A stretch of DNA of 64,000 nucleotides from Candidatus Bathyarchaeia archaeon (GCA_050010755.1 JBEKKK010000001.1:1056001-1120000), one strand, 5' to 3'; counted from the first letter of the stretch, positions 28,188 to 38,926 are shown. The notes: generated by a model not told the origin, from the letters alone. Made by a program: numbers and translations.

Positions 28188-29042
28188 ATGCTAAGGGTGA
28201 GGAAGATGACAATCAGAGAAGTCAAGCTGGCAATTAAGAAACTGCATCGATCAAACTTGGCTTTGGCAATTCCCGTCACTTTTATGATTATCTTCGTCAC
28301 TATGCTGGGTATAATATCCGTTACTTATTATTTTGCAGTGGAAAGAGTCAACGCTGGAAGCCAACTTCTCAAAGTTTCAATGGCAACGGAAAACATGTAC
28401 TCATTCGACAATGCTATTCATTCAGTCCTCTGGCAACCCGGCTCTTCCAGAACCTTAGAGGTTGGTGGTTACGGAGGAACATTTGAGGTTGAGCCCCTCT
28501 CCAACTCGCTGTTCATCAATGCAACAGATGGCAACAACTTTTCAAGCACAATCTTCAATGAAACCGTCGGAGAAGTAGCCTATCAGCTTCCCTACGCTGA
28601 ATCTATCGACACCGGCCTTTTCCTACAAGGAGATGGCCGACCGATAATCAACCAAAGCGGACCTGAAATAACTCAAATGTCCATTCAAAGCGCAATACCT
28701 CACCCCGAGATCGTTCTGGACTACCGTCCAATAACATCCATCGCTTCTGAAACAGAAAGCAACATTACAACAAACGACTTGAACATATACGTTGTGAACC
28801 TGAACTCTTCTCAGGAAATCACAGTCTCAGGTGAAATTCCACTAATAATTTCCTGCACCACAATCGAGAGCACAGTCACCTCCTACAACATTTCATACCA
28901 AGTAAACTCATTAACGATCACTGCGATTCTGAACGGAATCGCCGGTCAAGTATCAGTACCCGTTGTAAGCAACGCTAACGGAACCACGATCAACGTCACG
29001 TTGGTCTTATGCAACATCCAAATCAACAGATGGATAGAGTGA
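28188..29042 (+). CDS. Putative minor pilin / pilus-associated secreted protein
   Basis: Basic N-terminus then NLA^LAIPVTFMIIFV hydrophobic helix; beta-rich, many sequons; first gene of the pilus operon. Confidence 0.65.
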   Translation: MLRVRKMTIREVKLAIKKLHRSNLALAIPVTFMIIFVTMLGIISVTYYFAVERVNAGSQLLKVSMATENMYSFDNAIHSVLWQPGSSRTLEVGGYGGTFEVEPLSNSLFINATDGNNFSSTIFNETVGEVAYQLPYAESIDTGLFLQGDGRPIINQSGPEITQMSIQSAIPHPEIVLDYRPITSIASETESNITTNDLNIYVVNLNSSQEITVSGEIPLIISCTTIESTVTSYNISYQVNSLTITAILNGIAGQVSVPVVSNANGTTINVTLVLCNIQINRWIE

Positions 29043-29046
29043 CACT

Positions 29047-29493
29047 TTGCCATCCATAATCCCAGGCTATATCTACACTCTTTTCGCTATGATGGTAGTT
29101 GGTTCGCTGCTGGTTGTCGCCTTCGCCTTTTCAACAGCAAACTTGAGGAATCAGGCAGAACTCCAACAGCTCAAAAGAATAGCCGAATATGTCGCAGCCA
29201 AAGGCTGCGAACTTGTCTCCGCAAGCAAAACTAACGTCATTTATGCTAATCTCACGTTGGATGTTCCCGTCCTTGTCGGAAATCAACAGTATTGGATTCA
29301 ACTTGAAAATGATTCGTCTTCAGCTTGGGTTGAAACTGGCTTCGGTGATGTTGCGTCAGGAATAGGGCAACGGGTGACAATACCTCTCCAAGTTTCCGCT
29401 TCTGGCGCATTCATCAGCGAGTACGGCGTCGCAGTCTTACAGTGTAATATCAGCGACGGCAACGCGCGCTTGGGACTTTCAGGAGGCTACTGA
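29047..29493 (+). CDS. Putative pilin-like protein
   Basis: N-terminal hydrophobic helix followed by amphipathic helix and beta region; lies in the operon. Confidence 0.6.
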   Translation: MPSIIPGYIYTLFAMMVVGSLLVVAFAFSTANLRNQAELQQLKRIAEYVAAKGCELVSASKTNVIYANLTLDVPVLVGNQQYWIQLENDSSSAWVETGFGDVASGIGQRVTIPLQVSASGAFISEYGVAVLQCNISDGNARLGLSGGY

Positions 29494-29494
29494 T

Positions 29495-31069
29495 TTGACA
29501 TTGGGAAAGGAGAACAAAGAGAAAACTGTGGAAAAGCAAAAGACATCCGAGGAAGATATTGCGGGATACTTGGGCATCCAAGGCTGCAGGGTCCCAGAGG
29601 GCTACGTTCAGGTTGAGAGCTACCCTTTGAAACCACCGTATTCTTACGCGTGGATATTCCAGAAGGAAAATGAGCCGATTTACCTGTACGTGGTTGACGA
29701 ATTGCCATTAACGCAAGAAGAAAAAGAAGTTTTCAACAGACTCAAGAACATACTCGAATACGAGTTGAAAGCCCCTTACGCGGAAGAGACGCTTCCAGAA
29801 TCGTTTGAGAGGCAATTGCCAGGGATTTTAGAAAGCCACAAGAAAGCCCTCGAGGGATTAACGCAGATAGGAACTAGAAAGATATTGTACTATCTCAAAA
29901 GAGACATGATAGGCTTCGGTCGCATCGACCCGCTGATGTTCGATCCATTCATTGAGGACATAAGTTGCGGCGGGATAGGCAAACCGATTTTCCTATGGCA
30001 CAGGAAATACGAAAACATAAAGACCAATGTCATTTTCGAAGATGAACAGGAATTAGACGACTTCGTCATGAGAGTAGTGCACAGGGAAGGAAAACACATC
30101 AGCGTCGCTCACCCAATAGTCGACCTAACTCTGCCCGGAAAACACCGAATGGCCGTCCAATTTGGCAAAGAAACAACACCGGCGGGAACAAGCTTCACAA
30201 TCCGGAAATTCAGAGAAGATCCATTCACAATTATCGACTTGATCGCAAACGAGACAATTGATGAAACAGTCGGAGCATACCTGTGGCTGTTAATGGAAAA
30301 CAAGATGTCTGTCATGATAGTCGGGCCTACGGGAGCTGGAAAAACAACGGCCTTGAACGCAATCGCCTGCCTCTCAAGACCCGAATTCAAAATAATATCC
30401 GTCGAAGAAGTCGCGGAAATCAACCTGCCACAAGAAAACTGGGTCTCAACTATAGCAAGAATAGGGTACGGCGCTGACCGGGAAGGAGAAGTCACCCTTT
30501 ACGACCTCATCAAATCTGCCGTCAGACACCGGCCTGCACTGATTATTGTAGGAGAGGTAAGAGGAGAAGAAGCCTACGTTCTCTTTCAGGCTCTTGCAAC
30601 CGGACACGGTGGACTTTGCACAATGCACGCAGAAGACGCGGAAACAGCCATCAAACGCTTAACACAACCCCCAATGAACATCCCAGCCTCTATAATTCCC
30701 CTGATGAACTGTATGATCGTAGTTAAACAAGTCAGTATCCCCATGTACAATGCTCCTGGGCGCAGAACATCAAGCAGAAAATTCGTCGGAATCTCGGAGA
30801 TAGATAACGGCGGAAACATTCACAACATCTTTTCCTGGAACCCTTCAGGAGACTCCTTTACTCAAGACTTAGAACACAGCTACCTACTAGCAAAAATAGC
30901 CAAAAATCTTGACGTACCGCTAACTATAGTGTTACAGGAACTCGACAGACGGAAACAACTTCTTCTAAGGATGATTGAAAGAAACCTGCGCGACTTCAGA
31001 AGCGTGCATAAGGCCCTGAGCAGTTCAACGAGCTTCTTAGACATTTCCAGGGAATCGATGGAGGAATAA
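29495..31069 (+). CDS. Type IV pilus / type II secretion assembly ATPase (VirB11/TadA/ArlI family)
   Basis: IEDISC, FTIRKF, Walker A GPTGAGKTT, Asp box SVEEVAEI, RHRP...VGEVRG, His box TGHGGLCTMHA. Confidence 0.93.
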   Translation: MTLGKENKEKTVEKQKTSEEDIAGYLGIQGCRVPEGYVQVESYPLKPPYSYAWIFQKENEPIYLYVVDELPLTQEEKEVFNRLKNILEYELKAPYAEETLPESFERQLPGILESHKKALEGLTQIGTRKILYYLKRDMIGFGRIDPLMFDPFIEDISCGGIGKPIFLWHRKYENIKTNVIFEDEQELDDFVMRVVHREGKHISVAHPIVDLTLPGKHRMAVQFGKETTPAGTSFTIRKFREDPFTIIDLIANETIDETVGAYLWLLMENKMSVMIVGPTGAGKTTALNAIACLSRPEFKIISVEEVAEINLPQENWVSTIARIGYGADREGEVTLYDLIKSAVRHRPALIIVGEVRGEEAYVLFQALATGHGGLCTMHAEDAETAIKRLTQPPMNIPASIIPLMNCMIVVKQVSIPMYNAPGRRTSSRKFVGISEIDNGGNIHNIFSWNPSGDSFTQDLEHSYLLAKIAKNLDVPLTIVLQELDRRKQLLLRMIERNLRDFRSVHKALSSSTSFLDISRESMEE

Positions 31070-31073
31070 TGCA

Positions 31074-32615
31074 ATGCAGCCATCCAGTGGACTATTCGGC
31101 AAACTTCTGAACCGTGTGAGTAGAGCAACGAGTGAAGAAAAGGAAAACATCGAGCGTGAACTACCCTTCGCCGTGATGATATTCACATTAATGGCAGCCA
31201 CCGGAGTGTCCGTTTATGACAGTTGGAAAAAACTTGCAAAGCTAAGTTTCCTGCCGACCTTCAAGAAAGAAGCTAATGAGGTAATAAGGCAGGTGGAGGT
31301 CTTGGGAAAAGACCCATTAACCGTTATGTACAGCAAAGCAGAGAAAACTACCTCAAAACCCTACAGAAATTTTCTAGGCGGCTTCGTCTCCACTGCGACA
31401 AGCGGTGGCAAAATGGTCGATTACATGAAAAATGAGCTCAAATCCATTTTCGAAATCCGCAAGATTTCCATGACACAATCTATTGAGAAGATAGCAACCC
31501 TAGTCGAGTCGTACACGGTTATGCTGATCGTGACTCTATGTGTCTACATACTTTTTGTCGTGTTCGCAGCAACAAACATGATGGGACAACTGACAGACAT
31601 TTCCCTTCCAAATTCCCCATTAATCTCATATCTGGTCGCCTTCCTTTTCATGCCCATAATATCTTTTTTCTTTATACTAATAGCCCACAACTTGCAGAAA
31701 AGCTCATTCTCCGACCTGCGGGACATCTACAGAAAGGCAATCTTCATATTCATAGCCGTCGGAGTACCGTTAAGTCTGATCTCTCTAATTCCATCGCTTC
31801 TACAAATCGTGAACAAAGTTGGACTTGCAGAAGTCGTCACGGCAGGTCTTGTTACAATGTCCGCGCCACCAGCGATCTTGTACTACCGAATCTCCAAAAT
31901 AAATTCCAATGCGGAAGACTCCATTTCCAATTTTATTCGAGACGTGACCGAATCACAGAAGACAGGTCTATCACCCGAAAAGAGCATAATCCAAGCATCT
32001 GTGCGTAAAGACTACGGACTGTTTTCTCAATTTCTAGAATTGATTCGAAGCCAGATCGAATGGGGAGTGCCGCTAAGGAAGACGTTTGAGAACATTAAAC
32101 AGAAAATAAGAAGCTGGTTCGTTGTAGTTAACTTCGCGATGTTAGTTGAAACCGTGGAAATTGGTGGAAACTCTGCGCAAGCTTTGGAGATACTTTCAGA
32201 ATACAGCGAAAAGGAACACGAGATTCAGGTTAACAGGCGAGGCTTACTCAAACCATATGTCCTGCTCGCTTTCGTGTGGAGCGTGCTCATCGCAGTGACA
32301 ACAACAATCGTTGCAATGACAACGTCCATGATTAATTCCATTGCAGGCTCCAGCCTCCTGCCCATGACTACAGTCGCAATGGGGGGCGATATGAAGATAT
32401 TCTCGGTTGGAATAATTATACAATGCTGGATCTCAGGATTTTTCATTGGGAAGATTAGCGAGGGAAACTTTGCTGCTGGTTTCAAATACTCTGCGATGCT
32501 GGCTATCACGGCCTTTATATCGCTCATTCTGTCACAAGCTCTCTTGGCAAGTGCTTTCGGAGTTCCAACTTCGATGTTAGAAGGAGCATGCAGATATGCC
32601 TGCCAACTCTATTGA
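31074..32615 (+). CDS. Type IV pilus membrane platform protein (T2SSF/TadC/ArlJ family, two domains)
   Basis: ERELPFA...GKDPL; second domain TGLSPEKS...IEWGVP; multiple TM helices; follows the ATPase. Confidence 0.88.
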   Translation: MQPSSGLFGKLLNRVSRATSEEKENIERELPFAVMIFTLMAATGVSVYDSWKKLAKLSFLPTFKKEANEVIRQVEVLGKDPLTVMYSKAEKTTSKPYRNFLGGFVSTATSGGKMVDYMKNELKSIFEIRKISMTQSIEKIATLVESYTVMLIVTLCVYILFVVFAATNMMGQLTDISLPNSPLISYLVAFLFMPIISFFFILIAHNLQKSSFSDLRDIYRKAIFIFIAVGVPLSLISLIPSLLQIVNKVGLAEVVTAGLVTMSAPPAILYYRISKINSNAEDSISNFIRDVTESQKTGLSPEKSIIQASVRKDYGLFSQFLELIRSQIEWGVPLRKTFENIKQKIRSWFVVVNFAMLVETVEIGGNSAQALEILSEYSEKEHEIQVNRRGLLKPYVLLAFVWSVLIAVTTTIVAMTTSMINSIAGSSLLPMTTVAMGGDMKIFSVGIIIQCWISGFFIGKISEGNFAAGFKYSAMLAITAFISLILSQALLASAFGVPTSMLEGACRYACQLY

Positions 32616-33639
32616 CACCTTCTTTGCATGCGCTCTCATCGTCTCTGCAGTATTTGCATCAATAGCACTGCTATCAGGAACACTCACTGCGCAAACAAAC
32701 AGCGTCCAAGACTCAAACCAAGCCGAATACTTCAGAGCAGTTTCTGAATCCATTCTTTGGGATGTAGGCAACCCTGCGAATTGGGGATCGGTTGGCAACG
32801 AAGTGCCGCAATCATTTGGATTAGCCAAAGAAAGTTCAGTGCTCACAGATGAACTTGACATCGACAAGATTAGCAGGCTGAACCCCCAGAACTCATTTTC
32901 GTTGACATACCCGAACATACTTGAAGCAGCAGGACTGACGTCAGCTCTTGGACTCTCAGCTTCTCAGCTGTTAGATATTTCGGTGAATCTTTCTGCCAAC
33001 ACCACCACAGGAGACGTTACAGAATACACCTTCAATTTCTTCGTAAGTCAACAGGGCATACCCGTGGAGACTATCTTACATTGCTATGTAGTGGCAAGAG
33101 ATTTTGACGCGGACGCCTACGCCAACACTTCTACAGATGGTTTGGGCTCCGTAAATTTCGAATTGCCAAATGCGTCTAACGGAACAGCCTTGCTTGTCAC
33201 GTTTGCAAGAGCTATCGCCGACCCAAGAATAACTGCCTACCAAACCTACAGGTTTCAACATTTATCCTCAGAAAACCAGTCAGACAACACATTTCTGACC
33301 TTGACACCATTAAACTACACCTTATACATAGCTCAAAACCAGCCCGATATTTCTATCCAGAATAGTCTTGCTTTTTCATACGGATACCAAATAAATCTCA
33401 CTGCGATTTCAAATTCGACATACACGATTCCAACGATTTCAGACTCCAGCCCCATCGTACTCGTGACGCGTGGTTCAAACAGTTCAACATTTTTCATAGA
33501 ATGGACAAGCTATCCTGAAATACCCTTTTACACAGGTGCAGACTTTCAGAATTCTGAAGTCCAAGAGTTCACTTACTTAGTGAGCGTAAACGGTTTTCTT
33601 TGTAGGTTCACGTTTCAGTTTGGAGGGCTTAACCCGTGA
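32596..33639 (+). CDS. Putative pilus-associated secreted protein
   Basis: N-terminal TM helix, GNPANWG...FGLA motif, many sequons; lies in the operon. Confidence 0.65.
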   Translation: MPANSIDTFFACALIVSAVFASIALLSGTLTAQTNSVQDSNQAEYFRAVSESILWDVGNPANWGSVGNEVPQSFGLAKESSVLTDELDIDKISRLNPQNSFSLTYPNILEAAGLTSALGLSASQLLDISVNLSANTTTGDVTEYTFNFFVSQQGIPVETILHCYVVARDFDADAYANTSTDGLGSVNFELPNASNGTALLVTFARAIADPRITAYQTYRFQHLSSENQSDNTFLTLTPLNYTLYIAQNQPDISIQNSLAFSYGYQINLTAISNSTYTIPTISDSSPIVLVTRGSNSSTFFIEWTSYPEIPFYTGADFQNSEVQEFTYLVSVNGFLCRFTFQFGGLNP

Positions 33640-34058
33640 AACATCCAAATCGGAACAGGGGACAAATTCGCATTATCGAAGCCTTCTTTGCCTCGGTATT
33701 AATGCTTTCTACTATCGCACTCATTCCTTCGCAAACGATTGTTGGAAGCTCAAACGATCAATTTCTATATTCAATGGCAAGAAATGTTTTGCCAACATTA
33801 GACAACGACGGCTCCCTCTCCAAACTTATAGAGAGCCAAGACTGGGCAACGCTCAGAACGCAAATATCATTAACGTTGCCTTCCTCTGTATGGTTCAATC
33901 TCACAATTTTCGATGAAAACATGGACCCGATAAGCCAGGCTCTGATATCCCGTGGAACTCCTAACGGAAGAATAGTAGCGACGGATTATGTCTGCGTAGG
34001 TCAAGTAGGGAACTTCAACATGTACATAGTCCGTTTGCAACTCTCGACTGTGGGATGA
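33636..34058 (+). CDS. Putative minor pilin
   Basis: Class III-like signal RNRG^QIRIIEAFFASVLML. Confidence 0.7.
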   Translation: MKHPNRNRGQIRIIEAFFASVLMLSTIALIPSQTIVGSSNDQFLYSMARNVLPTLDNDGSLSKLIESQDWATLRTQISLTLPSSVWFNLTIFDENMDPISQALISRGTPNGRIVATDYVCVGQVGNFNMYIVRLQLSTVG

Positions 34059-34059
34059 C

Positions 34060-34845
34060 ATGAAAACAAGATGTTTGGGCCGGAACAATTCTGGACAAGC
34101 ATTGATTATCACTTCTTTAATCATTGCCATGTTGATGATTTCGACAGCTTACTATGTTCTAGAAATCAACAAGGCCGCCACGATGGATCAAGCTCCGCTC
34201 GACTCCACTTTCCTGATGACGAGGCCAAGCGTCGTAAACACATTGATAAATTCGTTAGCAAGCATATCAAACGATTCGTTAGCAAATATATCAAACGGAG
34301 GAGACAGCGAAGTTTTAGATGCCAACTTGAAGGAATTAGCGCAAGCAATCCAAAATTCCTCGTATGGAGGGCAATGCGAGTTCGTGATAACGCCCTTAAA
34401 CTCAACCACCTATAAAAATGGTGTGCTTATTTCTTGGGGAGACAATGGCTCAGGAATTTCAAGTGTTTACGCGAGCGTTGCGCTCAACTTCTCAGATCCT
34501 AACGAAATGTATAGCTCAGAATATGAAGTGAATGTTACTACAGCCATCACCGCAGAGGGATTCTGCACGGCAAATGGCACACAAGAAAGCGTGAACGTGA
34601 TCTGCCAATTGTACAACGAAAACGATGCTGCGTTAGCTAATAACTTCACAATATTCTATCAAGAACCTGGCGGAAACTGGACTCCCGCTGATTCGACGAC
34701 CGCACTGAACATTAACGACTACGGTAATGGAACCTACCTGATATCATTTGACGCACTTGCGCAGGGCGCACTACAAGTCTCTGTAGGCGCCCACGACCTT
34801 CGCAACATATTTGTGATGGCTAACACAACATGCCTCGAAAACTGA
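34060..34845 (+). CDS. Putative minor pilin
   Basis: Class III-like signal RNNSG^QALIITSLIIAMLM; DYGNGTY Ig-like motif. Confidence 0.7.
   Translation: MKTRCLGRNNSGQALIITSLIIAMLMISTAYYVLEINKAATMDQAPLDSTFLMTRPSVVNTLINSLASISNDSLANISNGGDSEVLDANLKELAQAIQNSSYGGQCEFVITPLNSTTYKNGVLISWGDNGSGISSVYASVALNFSDPNEMYSSEYEVNVTTAITAEGFCTANGTQESVNVICQLYNENDAALANNFTIFYQEPGGNWTPADSTTALNINDYGNGTYLISFDALAQGALQVSVGAHDLRNIFVMANTTCLEN
34250..34297 (+). repeat. In-frame 24-bp tandem duplication
   Basis: attcgttagcaagcatatcaaacg / attcgttagcaaatatatcaaacg (22/24 identical) encoding SLASISND SLANISNG. Confidence 0.85.
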
Positions 34846-35048
34846 ACCCACTGAGACATGCTTTCTCGAATAACCAAGAATAATGGCGATCCAGAAGCGC
34901 CGAAAAATTCCCTTCGCAGTTACAACGCAGGAAATCGCTAAGACGATGTTACTTTCAGACGCATTTTATTCTTCGACGTTGATCATCGTGAAACTTTAGA
35001 GAAAGAGTAAGATTAGTTCTAAGCTTCTAAAGTCTGGGAGTTCTGCGC

Positions 35049-35978
35049 CTAAGTTTTTACGTATATTTGTTGGAACGTTCTTCCCATCTCGTTGAGCTTG
35101 GAGAAAAGCATCCGCAAAGCTTGGACGAACGCTGTGTAATTAGTCCAAAGAATCACAACTTTAGATCGGCTCTTGCTATCTTGGTCGTTCTTTTCGTCTC
35201 TTTGAGCGTTTATCAATAGTTCTTTCCCGTCGGAGACCATGAAGAATGGTATGTTTGTAACTTCTACGATTCGGTACTTGCGAATTGCCCATGGCATTTG
35301 CTCTAGGAAGAACTTGCTTTTCAATGAATTGTCTGTCAAAATTGTTACGTTTAGTTTGTTTGAATGCTTTTGGAGGTTGTCTAAGAAATCGCTATTATAC
35401 AGCTGTCCCATAGAATCGCTTGGGGCAAACAATAGCAGTTCCTTCGTCGTGCGGTTCAAGATTTCATTGGCTTTCAGTGTCATTTGTTGGTCGCCTTCAA
35501 GTATCTGAAAGATCTCCTTACCAACGATCTCAGGTTCAGGTTTGGGTATGGACATCCAAAGGCTGACTAGACTCGGTTTCTCTTTTTCTAGATCCTTGAT
35601 TTTCATTTTTTGTGCTTCTATTAACATGTCCATCGCTTTTTCAAGAGGAACTGCCCTGAATTTGATGGGTTTTTCGAATGCAGAAAACACGATGCCCTTT
35701 TTCTCTAAGGCACGTAACACCCGGTAAGTTTCAGTCCTGTGGAGGGATATCGCCTCTGCAATTTGAGCGGCCTTCTTTTCTCCCACTCTTGCGAGATGAA
35801 GGTAAACCCTGACTTCGTTTTTCAAAAGCCCAAGCCTTGAGAGGTTCTCTTCGATCGCGAGCATTTGCCTGTTTAGGCCCTTGTCATTCTTTACAAATTT
35901 CCAAGACTTGTTCGCATCATCGTACACTCTTACCAGTTGATCAATTTCTTCCAAAGACGATTGCATCGCAGACTTCAA
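35049..35978 (-). CDS. TrmB-family transcriptional regulator
   Basis: LGLLKNEVRVYLHL...RTETYRVLRALEKKGIV winged HTH, coiled-coil linker, C-terminal effector domain (FMVSDGKELL, LWTN). Confidence 0.85.
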   Translation of the reverse strand: MKSAMQSSLEEIDQLVRVYDDANKSWKFVKNDKGLNRQMLAIEENLSRLGLLKNEVRVYLHLARVGEKKAAQIAEAISLHRTETYRVLRALEKKGIVFSAFEKPIKFRAVPLEKAMDMLIEAQKMKIKDLEKEKPSLVSLWMSIPKPEPEIVGKEIFQILEGDQQMTLKANEILNRTTKELLLFAPSDSMGQLYNSDFLDNLQKHSNKLNVTILTDNSLKSKFFLEQMPWAIRKYRIVEVTNIPFFMVSDGKELLINAQRDEKNDQDSKSRSKVVILWTNYTAFVQALRMLFSKLNEMGRTFQQIYVKT

Positions 35979-36099
35979 CCCCTAAATAGCTTTGCCGAAT
36001 TCGAAGGCCCAATTCTGATGTTGCGTATACTTTATGCTTATGAAAACTCAATCTGAATTCTGAATCCATTTTCATTTACATGGGTGACTCATTCACGGT

Positions 36100-37812
36100 T
36101 TACGTTTCAAGCATTGCTGCAGAGGCTTTCAAGTAAATGGCGGAAAATCTCTTTATCAAATCTTTCTGGCTGTAAACTGGAGTGCTTATCTTGAAGAAGT
36201 TTTTCATTCTGTCAGTTTCTACACCGATGCCTATTACTATAATGCCTTTGCGTTGTAATGAATTCACGGCTTCTGATACCGCTGCGTCGATGTCTTCATA
36301 TCCATAGGGCCAACCGTCGGAAATGACCACCAGAAACCTTTGCTCATCATACCGTTTGGAAAGAAAATCGCCTGTAACACGAATTGCGTCTGGCAGGTAA
36401 GTCAGGCCGCCAAATTGTAATCCTCCCAGTCTTGCACGCACTTTGTTAGAATATCGTTCAGAAGAGTCTTTTAGAACCCAGAAACTATCATTAAAGGCAA
36501 AGAAAGCCCATGATCCTGAGTCCATGAGCAACTCTTTTGTCGCCTCGGCAACGCATATTGCCAAAGCTCTGGCGAATTCACCTTTCAGCTTCATGCTTTC
36601 GCTAGCATCGAATAAGATCCCCCATGCAAAGCTTCGGCTCAAGTACTCGTCGCGCATAAATACGTCTGTTCCTGGCTTCTGGCTGGCAATCGCGTTGATG
36701 ACAGCAGATAGATCTAGCTGACCAAATTCCTTTCCTGGATCTTCGTCCAGCGCATCTTGGGCCACTCTCAGACTGTCTAAGAGGCGCCGGCTTCCTCCAG
36801 AAATAAGGGATCTTGCATTCAAATACTGCGAGTAGTCCTCCTGGGGAAAGGAAATTGACCTGAACTTAGTTGATTTAGCGCACTCCTTCAGTTTTGCCAG
36901 AATTCCATCTTCGCGAGTTTTTTGTTGAAGCCACGTATCGAATGCTTGTGCTGCCTCTGCATCAATGCGCTTGTCCCAACACGATTCCAAAGACTCTCGA
37001 CTAGGAAGTTTGCCAGTTAACGTTTCTAAGGACTTCCAAAAAATCTCTTGTATCTGAGGCTCTGGTGGAACGTTCAGTTCAGCAAATAGATTGCAAGGAC
37101 CAATCCATTCAGTGTACGGGAAAGAGGGTGCTTCAACGACAGGTCCAAATTGACCTATTATTTGAATCAAATCTTTGACTGAATCTTCTAAGACTTTGCC
37201 ATCCATTTCAGCAATCGGAGTCGACGATAAACGCTTTCTGAGCAAATCTAGGCTGAGAAACGCCTTCTCCGCCAATTCCCCTTCTTCAGTCGGAATTGCC
37301 CCTTTGACCATTCCCGTGTTGGCTTTAGTCAGCACAACTGACATCAACCGGGTAGCAGGGTTGAGAATCCTTTCTGCAGATTTTATTGTTGTATACGCGA
37401 GAGAATTGGCGAAGGCAATGTCAAATACCCTTTCAGGGTGTTCGCTGGAAATGTAGTTGGAAACGTAAACATCCTCAACTAAAGATCGAGTAAAGTTCTC
37501 CATCGACGCATGCGCAGGAATTTTGCTGCATCTTCCCCTGTAGTTCGGTATCAGTGTATGGGCAGTCAGGTGGTAAACACATGCTCTGAAGAGCCTTCCG
37601 ATGTAAACTTTCCCAGAAGAGTCGGGCAAGATTTTGAGGCCAAGGAACGATGCGAGGCCATCAGCTGAAATGAACGGTTCTGGGATTGTGATAGTGTATC
37701 GCTCGCCGTCTAGCGCTATAGTTGGTTGGCGAAGCTTTTGGTTGAAGATAACTCTTGTTCTCAGCTTGTCTTTGTTAAGTGAAAGAGCCAATGCGTAGTC
37801 TAAGAGGCCCAT
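36100..37812 (-). CDS. von Willebrand factor A domain protein (NorD/CbbO-like)
   Basis: GQLDLSAVI, MIDAS DASES, GLTYLPDAI, LVVISDGWP, VIGIGV; downstream of the MoxR ATPase. Confidence 0.85.
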   Translation of the reverse strand: MGLLDYALALSLNKDKLRTRVIFNQKLRQPTIALDGERYTITIPEPFISADGLASFLGLKILPDSSGKVYIGRLFRACVYHLTAHTLIPNYRGRCSKIPAHASMENFTRSLVEDVYVSNYISSEHPERVFDIAFANSLAYTTIKSAERILNPATRLMSVVLTKANTGMVKGAIPTEEGELAEKAFLSLDLLRKRLSSTPIAEMDGKVLEDSVKDLIQIIGQFGPVVEAPSFPYTEWIGPCNLFAELNVPPEPQIQEIFWKSLETLTGKLPSRESLESCWDKRIDAEAAQAFDTWLQQKTREDGILAKLKECAKSTKFRSISFPQEDYSQYLNARSLISGGSRRLLDSLRVAQDALDEDPGKEFGQLDLSAVINAIASQKPGTDVFMRDEYLSRSFAWGILFDASESMKLKGEFARALAICVAEATKELLMDSGSWAFFAFNDSFWVLKDSSERYSNKVRARLGGLQFGGLTYLPDAIRVTGDFLSKRYDEQRFLVVISDGWPYGYEDIDAAVSEAVNSLQRKGIIVIGIGVETDRMKNFFKISTPVYSQKDLIKRFSAIYLKASAAMLET

Positions 37813-37842
37813 TGGGATTCCTCAGCTGTAGGATTTTGGCAA

Positions 37843-38883
37843 TCATTTGGGTCTGGGAAAAACAGATTCAATGATTCTTCGAATATCATCTTGAACCTCG
37901 ACATTGTCGCTTGTTACCGCCACGATGGTTTCATCTGCTGCGGCGTTAGCGCTATTTCCATCATGAATCAATGTGCCCCAGTTTATCAGGTCACCGAGTG
38001 AAGGCCCATATGGAATATCGCCTGCCTTATATTGCCGGCGAAGCTCAGCCCCGACACGAATTATTTTATAGGCGGTGTCTTGGTCAACCTTTGTGCGTTT
38101 AGTGAGCATGTTCACCTCATCTTGGGAAATCTGTTCCCCCACACTGGTATAATCAAAGTTTATCCAGACAGCCATGCGTCTCCTCATCGCCGCGTTAAGG
38201 GGCTTTGTTCCCGCGAATTCTGCTGAATAAGGGTTCATACTAATTATGAGATATCCAAAAGGATGTCTTTCGACAACTTCGTTGTCCTTCTCGTTAAGCA
38301 CAAGGTGGCCACGTGTGTCAAGAACGGGATTCAACCTAGTAGCGACATCCTGTTTCATCATGTTTGCCTCATCAAGATACATTATCCCCCCCAATCTCAA
38401 CCACCTGGTCAACAACCCGTCAATCCAGTTTTCCTTTCCAAGTCCAATGAAGCGTCCTATCAAATCGTAGGATGATGTCTGTAAGCCGCAGTTTACCTCC
38501 CAAACTGGTAAGCCGCAGAGCTCCGCGACAAGGTAAACTATGTGTGTTTTGCCAGTGCCCGAGGGGCCAATCAGTGAACACTGTTTGAAATAGTACATGG
38601 CCCGAGTGATTCTTTCAACATAATGCTGTCCACTGTCGATGTACTCCGGCGTGTTTTTGGGAATCATGTCATCGAGATGCGCGAAGCTGTAGTTGGGATG
38701 TAGGTCATACCGCTGAATATCATACTTGTTATAAAGGGGTGATTGTGACATGGGCCTGTCCTTATTAACGGACACGGTTATCTTGGAATTTCCGCGCCGA
38801 ACTGAAGAAATTACCTCGATCCGGCTGGAATCCTTTTTATCTTTCACTCCCTGATGTCCATAACTCAAGACCGTGTCCTCCAA
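37843..38883 (-). CDS. MoxR-family AAA+ ATPase (CbbQ/NirQ/NorQ/GvpN-like)
   Basis: Walker A GPSGTGKT, WIDGLLT, Walker B YLDEAN, SMNP, LNAAMRRR; start uncertain. Confidence 0.9.
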   Translation of the reverse strand: MEDTVLSYGHQGVKDKKDSSRIEVISSVRRGNSKITVSVNKDRPMSQSPLYNKYDIQRYDLHPNYSFAHLDDMIPKNTPEYIDSGQHYVERITRAMYYFKQCSLIGPSGTGKTHIVYLVAELCGLPVWEVNCGLQTSSYDLIGRFIGLGKENWIDGLLTRWLRLGGIMYLDEANMMKQDVATRLNPVLDTRGHLVLNEKDNEVVERHPFGYLIISMNPYSAEFAGTKPLNAAMRRRMAVWINFDYTSVGEQISQDEVNMLTKRTKVDQDTAYKIIRVGAELRRQYKAGDIPYGPSLGDLINWGTLIHDGNSANAAADETIVAVTSDNVEVQDDIRRIIESVFPRPK

Positions 38884-38926
38884 GCTAAATATATGGGAGA
38901 CGGGACAAAATATAAATATTATGTAT

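Noticed and set aside
27889-28194. 101-aa plus-strand ORF before the pilus operon
   Set aside because: Antisense to the pilin remnant and spans the promoter palindrome; no protein features
26350-34845. Calling the locus an archaellum operon
   Set aside because: No recognisable ArlH, ArlF/G, ArlX or ArlCDE and no chemotaxis genes; the many minor pilin-like genes fit a pilus better
37843-38883. Gas vesicle cluster (GvpN-like ATPase)
   Set aside because: No GvpA/J/M-like proteins nearby, and the vWA partner indicates a MoxR-vWA pair
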